The position numbers were made by a program, and so were the translations under genes. From NCBI GenBank assembly GCA_965248595.1, contig CBDFJM010000003.1, forward strand, positions 10,729-74,728: a stretch of DNA of 64,000 bases, in the 5' to 3' direction. Under the pieces are notes generated by a model. It made no database searches. It worked only from the letters and a program-made list of their open reading frames with translations, and was not told where the DNA came from. Origin of the DNA: Dehalococcoidia bacterium. GTDB taxonomy: Bacteria; Chloroflexota; Dehalococcoidia; Lucifugimonadales; SHYF01. Position 1 is the first letter of the stretch, and every line of letters starts with the position of its first letter. Shown in pieces: positions 28,765-38,831 of the stretch.

Positions 28765-29169
28765 TCACCGGGAGCGGCCAATCCTTGGAGAACGGGTAAT
28801 ATTTAGGGCCACTTGTGCCTTCTCCAAGTCGTCAACTCCAATGACCAGGCGCGTGCTAGTCGCCAAATACACTAGATCGATATTCGCCCCTGCGTCGGCT
28901 ATTTGACGGAATATTCTGGCGGCCTCACCCGGCCTGTCCTCCACTTCCATCACCAGCACGTCCCGCTCACCACGTGTACTTATCCCCACCTCTCTAAGGG
29001 CACGACGGGTCGCTCTGGCATTCTCCGCAAGTATGTGGATCAGGCCTTTTCCGCCTACCGGGAACCCGCACATGCCATAGATGTTCACACCAGCTTTCCC
29101 CAACGCGTCTGCAAGAGCAGCCAGAGTGCCGGGTTGGTTATCCAAGTATATTGTGAGGTCCTTGGGCAT
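28765..29169 (-). CDS. ACT domain-containing protein (two ACT modules)
   Basis: 134 aa. DNQPGTLAALADALGKAGVNI and EDRPGEAARIFRQIADAGANI. Confidence 0.7.
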   Translation of the reverse strand: MPKDLTIYLDNQPGTLAALADALGKAGVNIYGMCGFPVGGKGLIHILAENARATRRALREVGISTRGERDVLVMEVEDRPGEAARIFRQIADAGANIDLVYLATSTRLVIGVDDLEKAQVALNITRSPRIGRSR

Positions 29170-29300
29170 CGTTACCTCCTAGTCATTGCGAATTGCGTCT
29201 ATCCGTTGGATGCCTCATTATAATGGGAGGTCAATGCTTTGTACTATCCCACCTCCCTCACGTTGACAGGTCAAACCCACATCCGTACCATGATGGTCTT

Positions 29301-30617
29301 ATGGACGCCTTCTCAGCCAAGCACGTTTTTCCCCAGACAGCGGCCGTAGCCGCCAGCGGACACCTTGTACTGGGCGGATGCGACGTGGTGGACCTGGCGG
29401 CGGAGTACGGCACACCACTGTACATCTTCGATGAGCAGACCCTTCGAGAGCGGTGCCAGGCGTTCCTGCTCGAGTTCCAGGGTCGCTATCCCAATACGCG
29501 AGTGATATACGCCTCCAAGGCATTCACCAACCTGACGCTGACCAGGCTTCTGGTAGAGGAGGGCCTGGGAATGGACGTGGCCTCGGGTGGCGAGATGGCG
29601 GCGGCCCGCGCCGGCGGTATGCCGCCCTCCGAGGTCTACTTCCACGGCAACAACAAGAGCCGCAGAGAGATGGAGGAGGGTTTGGCTTGGGGAGTAGGGC
29701 GTATCGTGGTAGACAACTTCCACGAGCTGGGCCTGCTGGACCAGGTGGCCCAGGAAGCCGGGCGTGCTCAGGACATAATGCTCCGGGTGTCCCCAGGAGT
29801 GGACCCCCATACCCACGCCTACATTTCCACAGGGAGCCTGGACAGCAAGTTCGGCTTCCCCATCGGCACGGGGCAGGCGCAGGAAGCGATACGTCAGGCG
29901 CTCTCCTGCTCCCACCTGCGCCTGGTGGGTCTCCACTGCCACATAGGGTCGCAGGTGTTCGAGACCCAGCCGTTCCAGGCGGCCATCCGCGAAACCCTGG
30001 AGTTTGCCGCCAGGATGCGAGAGGAAGGGCTGGAGCTAACAGAGTTCAGCCCTGGTGGAGGTTTCGCCATCCCATACACGCGGGATGAGCAGGCTCCATC
30101 CATCGCGCAGTACGCCGACTCTATCACTTCCTCCTTCCGCCAGGGGTGCCAGGAGTTGGGGTTTGGCGAGCCTGCGCTTGTCATAGAGCCGGGTCGGTCC
30201 ATAGTTGGGCCAGCGGGGATCGTTGTGTACACTATAGGCGCTCGGAAGGCCATCCCAGGCATCAGGACATACGTGAGCGTGGACGGAGGCATGGGCGACA
30301 ACATCCGCCCCGCTCTGTACCAGGCTAGCTACGAGGCGGTGGTGGCCAACCGGATAGACCAACCATCGGCGGAACGGGTGACTATCGCCGGCAGGTACTG
30401 CGAGTCCGGCGACATCCTTGTGAAAGACGTGGATCTCCCCATCACGGAGCCAGGGGATCTGCTGGCCTTGCCTGCTGCGGGCGCCTACTGTGTGCCCATG
30501 TCCAGCAACTACAACATGGCCCCCAGGCCCGCCATTGTCATGGTGAGGGACGGTGCCGCCAGGCTTATCCGCCGGCGGGAGACCTACCAGGACCTAATGG
30601 CGGCGGATACGGTGTAG
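29301..30617 (+). CDS. lysA: Diaminopimelate decarboxylase
   Basis: ORF 29193..30617. I prefer ATG 29301 (MDAFSAK...) as the start. YGTPLYIFDE, YASKAF (PLP Lys), HCHIGSQ, GGGF and CESGD motifs. Confidence 0.92.
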   Translation: MDAFSAKHVFPQTAAVAASGHLVLGGCDVVDLAAEYGTPLYIFDEQTLRERCQAFLLEFQGRYPNTRVIYASKAFTNLTLTRLLVEEGLGMDVASGGEMAAARAGGMPPSEVYFHGNNKSRREMEEGLAWGVGRIVVDNFHELGLLDQVAQEAGRAQDIMLRVSPGVDPHTHAYISTGSLDSKFGFPIGTGQAQEAIRQALSCSHLRLVGLHCHIGSQVFETQPFQAAIRETLEFAARMREEGLELTEFSPGGGFAIPYTRDEQAPSIAQYADSITSSFRQGCQELGFGEPALVIEPGRSIVGPAGIVVYTIGARKAIPGIRTYVSVDGGMGDNIRPALYQASYEAVVANRIDQPSAERVTIAGRYCESGDILVKDVDLPITEPGDLLALPAAGAYCVPMSSNYNMAPRPAIVMVRDGAARLIRRRETYQDLMAADTV

Positions 30618-30740
30618 CCAGTCCAGGAAACCCAGCCACCTTATGCACAGCATCATTCGTCTAGCCAGGGAGCGGGTACATCGTAGCGTCTTCAGGGACC
30701 GGCGACGGGAGCCTGAGATAGAGCGCTTTTCCCGGCGTGT

Positions 30741-31028
30741 GTGGCCCTGGCGGGAGTCCTGCTGGCACGCTCGGTCGCTTTGCTGGCCACCCTGGACTTT
30801 CTGAGCACCTACGCTCTCCTGGAACTCGCCAACAAGCGGTATGTCTACGAGAGTGGCCCTCTTGCCAGTTGGGCCCTCCACACTGGAGCCTTTCCGGCCC
30901 TCCTGGTAGTGGACATCCTGGCTGTTGGCATCCTGTGGCTGCTGGCAGCCGGCGCCAGGGCCGTGTACTCGCAGGCAGGCTGTTACGGCTACGCCAGGGC
31001 CGCCTATGTAGCCACGTTGCTACCGTAA
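30741..31028 (+). CDS. Small membrane protein (possibly DUF5658-like)
   Basis: 95 aa, GTG start, three hydrophobic helices. Weak call. The competing 347-aa minus ORF is rejected as a shadow. Confidence 0.35.
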   Translation: MALAGVLLARSVALLATLDFLSTYALLELANKRYVYESGPLASWALHTGAFPALLVVDILAVGILWLLAAGARAVYSQAGCYGYARAAYVATLLP

Positions 31029-31066
31029 ACAATCTGGTGCTAACAATAGCGTAGATATCCAATATT

Positions 31067-32107
31067 ATGGCTCCCTGGACAATCCACGGACAGGAACATC
31101 TGACCCTGGCCCTAGACCGGGGCCTCAGTGAGGGCCACCTTGCACATGCATACCTGCTTGTAGGCCCGCCCCACGTTGGCAAGGATACCCTGGCGCTCCA
31201 GATGGCCCAGGCTGTCAACTGCCTGCGCGATGACCCCCCCTGCGGCCAGTGCACCCAGTGTCGCCGGATTGAACGAGGCATCCATCCGGACGTCCAGAGT
31301 ATAGCGCCTACCCAGGATGAGAGAACGGGCCGCCTGCACACCGAGATTCTCATAGACCAGGTCCGCGCCTTGGAGCACGCCACCGCCCTGGAGCCATACG
31401 AAGGGAGATACCGCGTTTTCATTTTTGAGGGAGCGGAAAAACTAAACCAGGACGCGGCCAACGCCCTGCTGAAGACCCTGGAAGAGCCACCGGCGCACGT
31501 GCTTCTGCTGCTCACCACCACCGAAGAGGAGGCGCTGCTTCCTACGATCCGCTCTCGGTGCCAGCGGCTGGAGCTGCGACCCCTGCCCGAGGATAGGCTC
31601 GTGGCCCTGCTTACCGGAGAGCATAACGTCGCACCGGAGGACGCCAGGTTGCTGGCACGTGTATCCGGCGGCAATTTTGGGTGGGCGTTGGCCGCCGTCG
31701 CCAATCCCAGGCTGCTGGAGGAGCGCCAGCGAAGGCTGGAGACCCTGCTGTCAGTGGTGGACGGGGGCCTGGAGCGGCGGTTCCAGTACGCTCAAGAGCT
31801 GGCCCAGAGGTTTGGCAGGGACCGCAGCGCCGCCCGGGAGGAACTGGGCTTCTGGCTACTGTGGTGGCGGGATCTTCTGGTGCTCATGCAGCAAGCGCCG
31901 GAGCTGGTGGTCAACGTGGACTGTCGGCAAATCCTAGAAGATAGGGCAGGCCGCTTTCAAGCAGGAGAGGTCGCCACGGTGGTACGGGAGTTGGTGGCAA
32001 CCCTGGAGCGTTTGGAGCAGAACGCCAACCCCCGCATCGCATTGGACGTACTGATGCTGACCCTGCCTAGGGCTGAGCAGATAAGGGCCAGCCAGGGCAC
32101 GGCATAG
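31067..32107 (+). CDS. holB: DNA polymerase III delta' subunit
   Basis: 346 aa. HAYLLVGPPHVGK (Walker A), CGQCTQCRRI zinc module and the SRC motif (IRSRCQRL). Confidence 0.9.
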   Translation: MAPWTIHGQEHLTLALDRGLSEGHLAHAYLLVGPPHVGKDTLALQMAQAVNCLRDDPPCGQCTQCRRIERGIHPDVQSIAPTQDERTGRLHTEILIDQVRALEHATALEPYEGRYRVFIFEGAEKLNQDAANALLKTLEEPPAHVLLLLTTTEEEALLPTIRSRCQRLELRPLPEDRLVALLTGEHNVAPEDARLLARVSGGNFGWALAAVANPRLLEERQRRLETLLSVVDGGLERRFQYAQELAQRFGRDRSAAREELGFWLLWWRDLLVLMQQAPELVVNVDCRQILEDRAGRFQAGEVATVVRELVATLERLEQNANPRIALDVLMLTLPRAEQIRASQGTA

Positions 32108-32123
32108 TTCCCAGGCCCAGCCC

Positions 32124-32642
32124 TCACTCCGCCCACGGAATGAACTGTAGCCACTCCTTCTGGAGAGGGCGGCGAAAGAACATGTAGTAGGGATTGGGGC
32201 GGGGTGCCCTGGGTTGCCGCCGCAGTCTCATGCCCGCCTCTAGGAGAGTGCGGCTCGCCTTGCGATGGTTACATGGAATACATGCCGCCACCACGTTCTC
32301 CCAATCGTGGGTGCCTCCACTGAACCGAGGGATAACATGGTCCAGTGTCAGGGAATGACTCTCCTTGCCGCAGTACTGGCAGGTGTGGGCGTCACGAGCG
32401 AATATCTCACGGCGTGATAGCCTTCGCCCAAGGACGGGCCGCCGCACCATGTATATCAGCCGGATAACAGATGGAGCCACCAGAATTACCGTGGGAGTTC
32501 GCAACTCGCCCCGGCCGTTGACCAGCAACTCAGCCTTGCCACGGCCCAGCAGCACCACCGCCCGCCGGACGTTGCACACGTTCAACGGTTGATAGTTCTG
32601 GTTCAAGACCAGAACGGGCGCGTTGACCAGTCCGTTCACCAT
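32124..32642 (-). CDS. HNH endonuclease
   Basis: 172 aa. CQYCGK...LTLDHVIPRFSGG...WENVVAACIPCNHRK. Confidence 0.88.
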   Translation of the reverse strand: MVNGLVNAPVLVLNQNYQPLNVCNVRRAVVLLGRGKAELLVNGRGELRTPTVILVAPSVIRLIYMVRRPVLGRRLSRREIFARDAHTCQYCGKESHSLTLDHVIPRFSGGTHDWENVVAACIPCNHRKASRTLLEAGMRLRRQPRAPRPNPYYMFFRRPLQKEWLQFIPWAE

Positions 32643-32737
32643 ATACTGTGAAGCCTTTCCCTTACAGGGTGGTGAAAGACATATCTGGGGGGCTTCCTGT
32701 CTGACTAGACTCTGGCCTCCCCATTTTCAGCAGCCTG

Positions 32738-33328
32738 TTACGGAGATTGCTGCAGGTCGATGAGCTGTTCAATCTGCCCCAGTGCAACTTTGAAGTCTCC
32801 TGGAACGAACCCCAAGGCGTCGGCCGGTATTGCATTGGTGATGTCAATAAACACCGGCACCAGGGTGGACTCCACCAGGGTTGTCTGAAGAGAGCCGCGC
32901 AAGCCTGTCATGGTTACCACAGTGCCAAGAGCTCCCTCAGTGGGCAGGTCGGTTCCGAATCGAGCCGTAATAAGGATCAACGCCCCCGCCAGGGCCAGGC
33001 CAAAGACCAGGCCCACCACTATGGACCCGAGGGAGTCAACCCAGCCCAGGAAGACCAGGCTCAACATCTTCTTGGCGACGCTTTTGGCCACCTGAGCACC
33101 GAAAAAGACCCCAACAACGATAGCTACGTAGGCCAGCACCGTGGCTATGGCGTCGCCCGTGCCCTGCTCGGCGATCCAGGCAGCAATGTCGTCACTGAAA
33201 CGGCCCGCAACGAAGATCCCCACGACGACGCCAATAGTATTAAAGATAGCCCCCAGGAGGCCGATCTTCCAGCCAATGATCAGCCCCATGAAAGCGACCC
33301 CGGTAATGCCGTAATCGAACCAGTTCAT
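32738..33328 (-). CDS. cvpA: CvpA family membrane protein
   Basis: 196 aa. N-terminal MNWFDYGI...GLIIGWKIGLLG and four TM helices. Confidence 0.75.
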   Translation of the reverse strand: MNWFDYGITGVAFMGLIIGWKIGLLGAIFNTIGVVVGIFVAGRFSDDIAAWIAEQGTGDAIATVLAYVAIVVGVFFGAQVAKSVAKKMLSLVFLGWVDSLGSIVVGLVFGLALAGALILITARFGTDLPTEGALGTVVTMTGLRGSLQTTLVESTLVPVFIDITNAIPADALGFVPGDFKVALGQIEQLIDLQQSP

Positions 33329-35700
33329 GCTGCCTTCTCTTGCGAGGCCTCCGATGTCCGCAGCGCCACTTCCAGAACCCGGTCCATGTCCTTTGAATAG
33401 ATGAACTGGATATCGCGCCTCACCTTGGCGGGTATGTCTGCCACGTCCCTGCGGTTATCCTCGGGAAGGACGAATGTCTTGATACCGGCCCGATGTGCCG
33501 CCAGCACCTTCTCCTTGATTCCGCCCACTGGTAAGAGCTTGCCCCTCAAAGTGATCTCGCCTGTCATTGCTACGTCCTTGCGTACTGGGCGGCGAGTGAG
33601 CGCAGATACCAGGGCGGTGGTAAGGGCTGCGCCGGCTGAAGGGCCGTCCTTGGGGGTGGCCCCCGCTGGAACGTGGATATGAACGTCCAGAGTGGCAAAG
33701 AAGCCGTCTTTGACATTCCACTCCTGAGACCTGGCCCGCGAGTAGCTCAACGCAGCCTGGGCCGACTCTTTCATTATGTCTCCAAGATGGCCGGTGAGAA
33801 TGAGATTGCCCTTGCCCTTAAGGAGCGCCACCTCCACCGACAGGACATCGCCGCCCGTGGGTGTGTACGCTACGCCGGTGGCGACCCCCACCTCGTCCTG
33901 CTCCTCTGCCGTGCCCCAACCAAACCTGGGCGCTCCCAGGTAACCTGGTATGGACTGCGGACGAATAAGGCTGGAGGTTGTCTGCCCCTCGGCCACGTGT
34001 TTGGCCACCTTCCGGCAGATGGAGCCTAGCTCCCGCTCCAGGTTACGCACTCCTGCCTCCCTGGTATACTCCCGAATAATGCGCAGGATAGCCTTGGGGG
34101 AAAACCGTAGCTGACTTTCGGCTAGGCCGTGCTCTTGCACCTGCCTGGGCACAACGAACCGCTTGGCTATCTCCAGCTTCTCTTCCTCCGTATAGCCGGG
34201 CAGCTCGATAACCTCCATGCGGTCGCGCAGGGCTGGAAGGATGGGGTCCAGGACGTTGGCCGTGGTGACAAACATCACCCTGGACAGGTCGTAAGGGACC
34301 TCAAGGAAATGGTCGCTGAACGAGTGGTTCTGCTCTGGGTCCAGCACTTCCAACAACGCCGAGGATGGGTCGCCCCGGAAGTCCATGCCCACTTTGTCTA
34401 CCTCGTCCAGCATGAAGACCGGGTTGACGGTGCCGGCGCGGCGCATGGTCTGCAGTACCCGGCCAGGCAGAGCGCCCACGTAGGTGCGGCGGTGGCCGCG
34501 TATCTCCGCCTCGTCCCGGATGCCTCCCAGGCTTACGCGGACAAATTTGCGGCCCATAGCGGCGGCGATGGACTTGCCCAGGCTGGTCTTGCCAACACCC
34601 GGGGCTCCCACAAAGCACAGGATAGGGCTGCGCAGCTTCCCTTCGGACAGCTTCCTGACCGCCAGATACTCTAGAATGCGCTCCTTCACCTTGGCCAGGC
34701 CGTAATGGTTCTCATCCAGAACGCGCGCGGCCTGCCGTATGTCCAGGTTGTCGTCGGTCTGGGTTTTCCAGGGCAAGGAGATAAGCCAGTCCAAATAGCT
34801 CCGAACCACCGAGTTTTCTGGGGAGACTGGGGATATCAGGGCCAGTCGCTCCAGCTCCTCCAGTGCCTTTTTGCAGGCCTCTTCCGGCATACCGGACTCT
34901 TCTATCTTCGTCTTGAGGCTATCCACCTCCCGAGCTTGAGAGTCCGTCTCCTGGAGCTCCTTCTGTATGGCCCGCAGCTGCTCCCGGAGGAAGAACTCCC
35001 GGTGACTCTTGTCAACGGAGCCCTTTATCTCAGAGTCAATGCGGCCCTGCACCTCCAGGACATCCACCTCCTGGGCCAGGTGTATGTTCACCATGTGCAG
35101 CCTTTCCCCGGGTTCCAGGTTCTCCAGGACTGCCTGGCGTGCCTCCATGGGTATGTTGAGGGAGGAGCAGACCAGGTCCGCCAGATGCCCGGGGCCACCG
35201 GCATTCATGGCGGCCACATAGGAGTCCCAGAAGAGGTTGGGTGAAAGGCGTACGCACTTCTCGAAGAGGGCCAGCACAGAGCGCATAGACCCTTGGGTCT
35301 GGAGGGTATCTATCTGCGGCTCTAGCATGACCTCTGCTTTGGCCCGGTACCAGGGCTCCGTCTGGGTCACCTCGAGGATCCTCACCCTCTCCTCGCCCTC
35401 CAACCACACCGTGGCCGAGCCGTCGGGCATTTTCAACATCCGGCCCACAATGGCTATAGTGCCCACTGGGTAGAGGTCAACCACATCGAATTCGCGGCGG
35501 TCAACGTTGCGTCTGCCCACCACCAGGATCTTGCGATCGCCAGAGATCGCCTCTTCCAGGGCGCGCTGGTAAGCCGGGCGCATCACCATTAGCTGGGTAA
35601 GCAGCTTGGGAAACACCAGGGTATCCCTCCTGGGGAGGAGAGGCACCTCCATGGTCTTTGTTGTCTTTGAGTCTGCTTCAGCCGCCAGGTTAGTTGTCAA
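33325..35700 (-). CDS. lon: ATP-dependent protease Lon (LonA)
   Basis: 791 aa. LON N-domain, Walker A GAPGVGKTS, and protease PKDGPSAGAAL (catalytic Ser) ...GGIKEK. Confidence 0.97.
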   Translation of the reverse strand: MTTNLAAEADSKTTKTMEVPLLPRRDTLVFPKLLTQLMVMRPAYQRALEEAISGDRKILVVGRRNVDRREFDVVDLYPVGTIAIVGRMLKMPDGSATVWLEGEERVRILEVTQTEPWYRAKAEVMLEPQIDTLQTQGSMRSVLALFEKCVRLSPNLFWDSYVAAMNAGGPGHLADLVCSSLNIPMEARQAVLENLEPGERLHMVNIHLAQEVDVLEVQGRIDSEIKGSVDKSHREFFLREQLRAIQKELQETDSQAREVDSLKTKIEESGMPEEACKKALEELERLALISPVSPENSVVRSYLDWLISLPWKTQTDDNLDIRQAARVLDENHYGLAKVKERILEYLAVRKLSEGKLRSPILCFVGAPGVGKTSLGKSIAAAMGRKFVRVSLGGIRDEAEIRGHRRTYVGALPGRVLQTMRRAGTVNPVFMLDEVDKVGMDFRGDPSSALLEVLDPEQNHSFSDHFLEVPYDLSRVMFVTTANVLDPILPALRDRMEVIELPGYTEEEKLEIAKRFVVPRQVQEHGLAESQLRFSPKAILRIIREYTREAGVRNLERELGSICRKVAKHVAEGQTTSSLIRPQSIPGYLGAPRFGWGTAEEQDEVGVATGVAYTPTGGDVLSVEVALLKGKGNLILTGHLGDIMKESAQAALSYSRARSQEWNVKDGFFATLDVHIHVPAGATPKDGPSAGAALTTALVSALTRRPVRKDVAMTGEITLRGKLLPVGGIKEKVLAAHRAGIKTFVLPEDNRRDVADIPAKVRRDIQFIYSKDMDRVLEVALRTSEASQEKAA

Positions 35701-35794
35701 AAGGGGTCACCTTCTTGCCGCAAAGGCTAACAGGCCTATTTTAGCTAGTGTACCACAGGCCAAACTATCTGAAAACGCTGCCACGCCCAGTGCA

Positions 35795-35893
35795 GCCGCT
35801 CGTCCTGAGCCAAGTCGAAGGGCATGAGCGGCCCGATCCAGGGTAAGGATATTCCGCCCGTATGGTTCGACAAGCTCACCACGAGCGGAATAT
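35795..35893. repeat. REP/MITE-like repeat, family A (unit order swapped)
   Basis: CCGCTCGTCCTGAGCCAAGTCGAAGGGCATGAGCGG plus ATTCCGCCCGTATGGTTCGACAAGCTCACCACGAGCGGAAT. Confidence 0.85.
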
Positions 35894-35924
35894 CCTTCTT
35901 GCGAATGAACCTGCGCGTTGGCTG

Positions 35925-36641
35925 CTATCGCCCCGACCCACCCTCCTGATAGGAGGAGGCCCCACCCCTGAGCCTCCGACACAGGTACACCAGCAAGGCA
36001 ACGGACGGGATGCCCAAGGCAACGCTCCCCAGCACATCGCTGGGCCAGTGGGCTCCCAGGTACACTCTGGATGCGGCGACGGCAAGGACCAGCAAGAGCA
36101 ACAGCGCCGCGACCACGCTCCGGAGCCACTTTGGGCGTATGCCAGGCACTACCAGCGCAAGCAATAGCCCTCCAAAGACAACGGCGTGGAAGACGTGGCC
36201 ACTGGGGAAGCTCCCACTGGAGCCGCTTTCCATTACGCGCAGCAGCTCCTCGGTCGGGCGAGGGCGGCCTACCAAAGACTTGAGAACCTGAACGGCTCCC
36301 TCCATTACCACTTCTCCCAGGAAAGCAGCAGCCTCCGGCCAGCGCCGCGCCAGGGCAAAAGCGACTAACAGCGTCACGATGCTGGCTCCCGCCTCGTAGG
36401 TCATGCCAATGAAAGTCACCGCATTCATGATGGTATCCAGCCAGGGAGTGGCCACAGACTGGACGCCACGGGCAACAGGCAAGTCCCCCGGGAGACGCGG
36501 CTCAAGAGCTGCCGCCACGGAGAGCGCCAGCCCAACCGCAAGCAACAGCGCCATGCCGGTAAGGACGGCGCGACTGGTCAAGGGAGGGAAGCCTGGGGAT
36601 CTGGACAAGAGAACCTCCTGTACGGTGCTAATGCCAGTCAA
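35925..36641 (-). CDS. PAP2-family phosphatase (membrane)
   Basis: 238 aa. KSLVGRPRP...SFPSGH...SRVYLGAHWPSDV, the three PAP2 motifs. Confidence 0.88.
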   Translation of the reverse strand: MTGISTVQEVLLSRSPGFPPLTSRAVLTGMALLLAVGLALSVAAALEPRLPGDLPVARGVQSVATPWLDTIMNAVTFIGMTYEAGASIVTLLVAFALARRWPEAAAFLGEVVMEGAVQVLKSLVGRPRPTEELLRVMESGSSGSFPSGHVFHAVVFGGLLLALVVPGIRPKWLRSVVAALLLLLVLAVAASRVYLGAHWPSDVLGSVALGIPSVALLVYLCRRLRGGASSYQEGGSGR

Positions 36642-36899
36642 TATACACAGCCCGCTCCTCCAATGACAAGCGGGGCTACAGGCAGCCCAAAGGCGTCAAC
36701 GTGGTATCGTCAAGGCCAGTGTCGCTACAGCCGAAACCTTTGCACATCTGGCAACAGTGGACGGAATAGTGTCCGCCGGCCTATCTGATATGGATTTGAT
36801 ACGGGAATAGTGAAGGTGATGTTATAATGCGCTGACGGATCTGGGACAGGGTCGGTGAAAACAACCCGTTGGGGATTCGGAATGTCTGAAGGAGTCAAC

Positions 36900-37328
36900 A
36901 TGGTCAAAAGAGCCACACTACCTGCGCTGCTCGTCGGCTTGGCCATATTCCTTGGCGCAAGCTGCGGGCAAGGCCAAACCAAACTGGTGGTGCCGCTTTT
37001 ATCCCTACCCGGATCAAACCAATCGGGCACCGCTGAGTTGGTGGCTGCTGAGTTGGTGGCTAAGGGTGACAAGACCAAGGTCGTGATTAAGGTGGCCCCT
37101 GCTTCCCCCGATGGAACATCTCAACCGGCGCACATCCACTTCGGTACGTGTGGGGCGCGGCTGGGACAAGTCCACTACCCCCTTGCCAATGTTGTGGAAG
37201 GGAAGTCGGAAACAGTCGTGAACGCGCGGCTAGAGGACCTGCGGGACGGCGATAATGCCATCAACATTCACAAGTCACCGTCCGAGATACAGATATATAC
37301 CGCATGTGGCAACATCTCTCAAAAGTGA
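36900..37328 (+). CDS. Putative lipoprotein, CHRD/SOD-like (AHIHFGTCG)
   Basis: ORF 36855..37328. ATG 36900 has a GGAG 6 nt upstream. Lipobox LGASC. Function uncertain. Confidence 0.5.
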   Translation: MVKRATLPALLVGLAIFLGASCGQGQTKLVVPLLSLPGSNQSGTAELVAAELVAKGDKTKVVIKVAPASPDGTSQPAHIHFGTCGARLGQVHYPLANVVEGKSETVVNARLEDLRDGDNAINIHKSPSEIQIYTACGNISQK

Positions 37329-37391
37329 GCGCTCAGGCCGGCACCACAAGGCGGGACGAGACAGAGCCATGGGGGTATAGCTACCGGCCTA

Positions 37392-38831
37392 ATGCAATGG
37401 AGTGCGGCTGTGGCGGATAGTATACGCGGCTCTCTTTCCACAAGGCGGTTTCCCCTCCTAAGGAACTTCGTTATTGCTAGCGTGATAGCCATTGGACTGG
37501 TCACGCTGGTGGTGAGCTACCTCTTCGTCCGGTTCAGCGAAGCCTCATTTAGAGCGAGGGTAGAGGACCGGAGCTCGGAAGAGGCCGTGCACTTTGCCGA
37601 GATGTTCCATAAAACTGTCTGGATGCCCAGCTTACGAGATACTCCTGATGGCGCCATTCAAGATATCAACCTTTCCATTGTGGACGCCTTTGCCCATGAT
37701 ATCGCTTTTGGGCTTAGCATCGTGGGTGTCACCATAGTTGATCTGGACGGCGTACCTGTCTACTCCACAGACCACAATGTCGCTGGGTCAGGGAATCTGG
37801 CCGATCCCACTTTGTACCAACGCGTTGTGAGGCAAGGTAGGCCCTACTCCGTGCTGGAGCAAAGTCAGAGCATCACATTGCCCACGGGAGCGCAGGAATC
37901 CCTTGATGTGATCAACACAATTACTCCGCTGGTCGACGCATCCGCTGAGGCGTTGCTAGAGGGCAAGGTCGTGGGCATTCTGCAGCTATATCAAGACGTA
38001 ACCACGGACCTGGCTTCCGCCAGAGTCCAGGCTGTGCGGACCGCTATAGTCGGGGCCGTCGGGACCGGGGTGGCCCTGTTTTCCCTCCTGTTCTTGATCG
38101 TCCTTCGGGCCGATGGGGCACTCCGCCGGCAGGAGCAGGAACTGGAGCACGCCCATGCCCAGAACATAGAGTCAGCTAAGCTTTCAGCCATGGGACTCCT
38201 GGTTTCGGGTGTGGCCCACGAGCTGAATAACCCCCTAACGGGTGTCTCGGGCCTGAGCGAGCTTCTGCTCCGTCGCAACCTCAGCGACGATGTGAAAGAA
38301 GAGGTGAGCATGATCCACGACGAGGCTCTGCGCTCCCTGCGGATCGTCCAGGACCTGCTTGTCTTCGCACGCCCCAGCGGTGTGGCTGCCAGAGAACCCA
38401 TCTCCCTTAACACAATCGTGGAAAACGTGCTGAACCTGAAGAAGTACGATCTTACTACACAGAACATTCAAGTGGAGACAACACTGGCCCCCCGGCTACC
38501 CTTGGTAGTGGCCAATCTCCACGCCATTCAACAAGTCGTTTTGAACCTGGTGGTCAACGCTGAGCAGGCGATGGTGGACCTGCACGGAATGGGCCTCTTG
38601 CGAGTAAGAACGGAGCAGGCAGGGTCAATGGCACGCGTCGTTGTTAGCGACGACGGCCCTGGAATCCCCAAGGAAAACCTTGCCAAGGTATTTGACCCGT
38701 TCTTCACAACCAATGCCGATAGCGGGTGTGGAGGTTCTCGCGGCATCGCGAAGGATCGGAGAGGCGGCAGCCCGACCAATAGCAGAACCGCTCATATCCC
38801 AATCCGGACCTGTTCCAGAAAGGGAGCCTGA
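37392..38831 (+). CDS. Sensor histidine kinase with atypical/degenerate C-terminal ATP-lid
   Basis: 479 aa. TM-flanked sensor domain, H-box SGVAHELNNPL, N-box NLVVNAEQAM, G1 VSDDGPGIP and F-box FDPFFTT. No recognisable GxGLGL G2 box in frame. Confidence 0.8.
   Translation: MQWSAAVADSIRGSLSTRRFPLLRNFVIASVIAIGLVTLVVSYLFVRFSEASFRARVEDRSSEEAVHFAEMFHKTVWMPSLRDTPDGAIQDINLSIVDAFAHDIAFGLSIVGVTIVDLDGVPVYSTDHNVAGSGNLADPTLYQRVVRQGRPYSVLEQSQSITLPTGAQESLDVINTITPLVDASAEALLEGKVVGILQLYQDVTTDLASARVQAVRTAIVGAVGTGVALFSLLFLIVLRADGALRRQEQELEHAHAQNIESAKLSAMGLLVSGVAHELNNPLTGVSGLSELLLRRNLSDDVKEEVSMIHDEALRSLRIVQDLLVFARPSGVAAREPISLNTIVENVLNLKKYDLTTQNIQVETTLAPRLPLVVANLHAIQQVVLNLVVNAEQAMVDLHGMGLLRVRTEQAGSMARVVVSDDGPGIPKENLAKVFDPFFTTNADSGCGGSRGIAKDRRGGSPTNSRTAHIPIRTCSRKGA

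Noticed and set aside
29170-29300. Possible lysine riboswitch or leader upstream of lysA
   Set aside because: I could not recognise L-box conserved elements or a convincing multi-stem structure by eye. A covariance-model scan would be needed.
30661-31704. 347-aa minus-strand ORF
   Set aside because: Arg/Ser/Trp-rich low-complexity translation lying antisense to a convincing holB (and to the small membrane ORF). Judged a shadow ORF.
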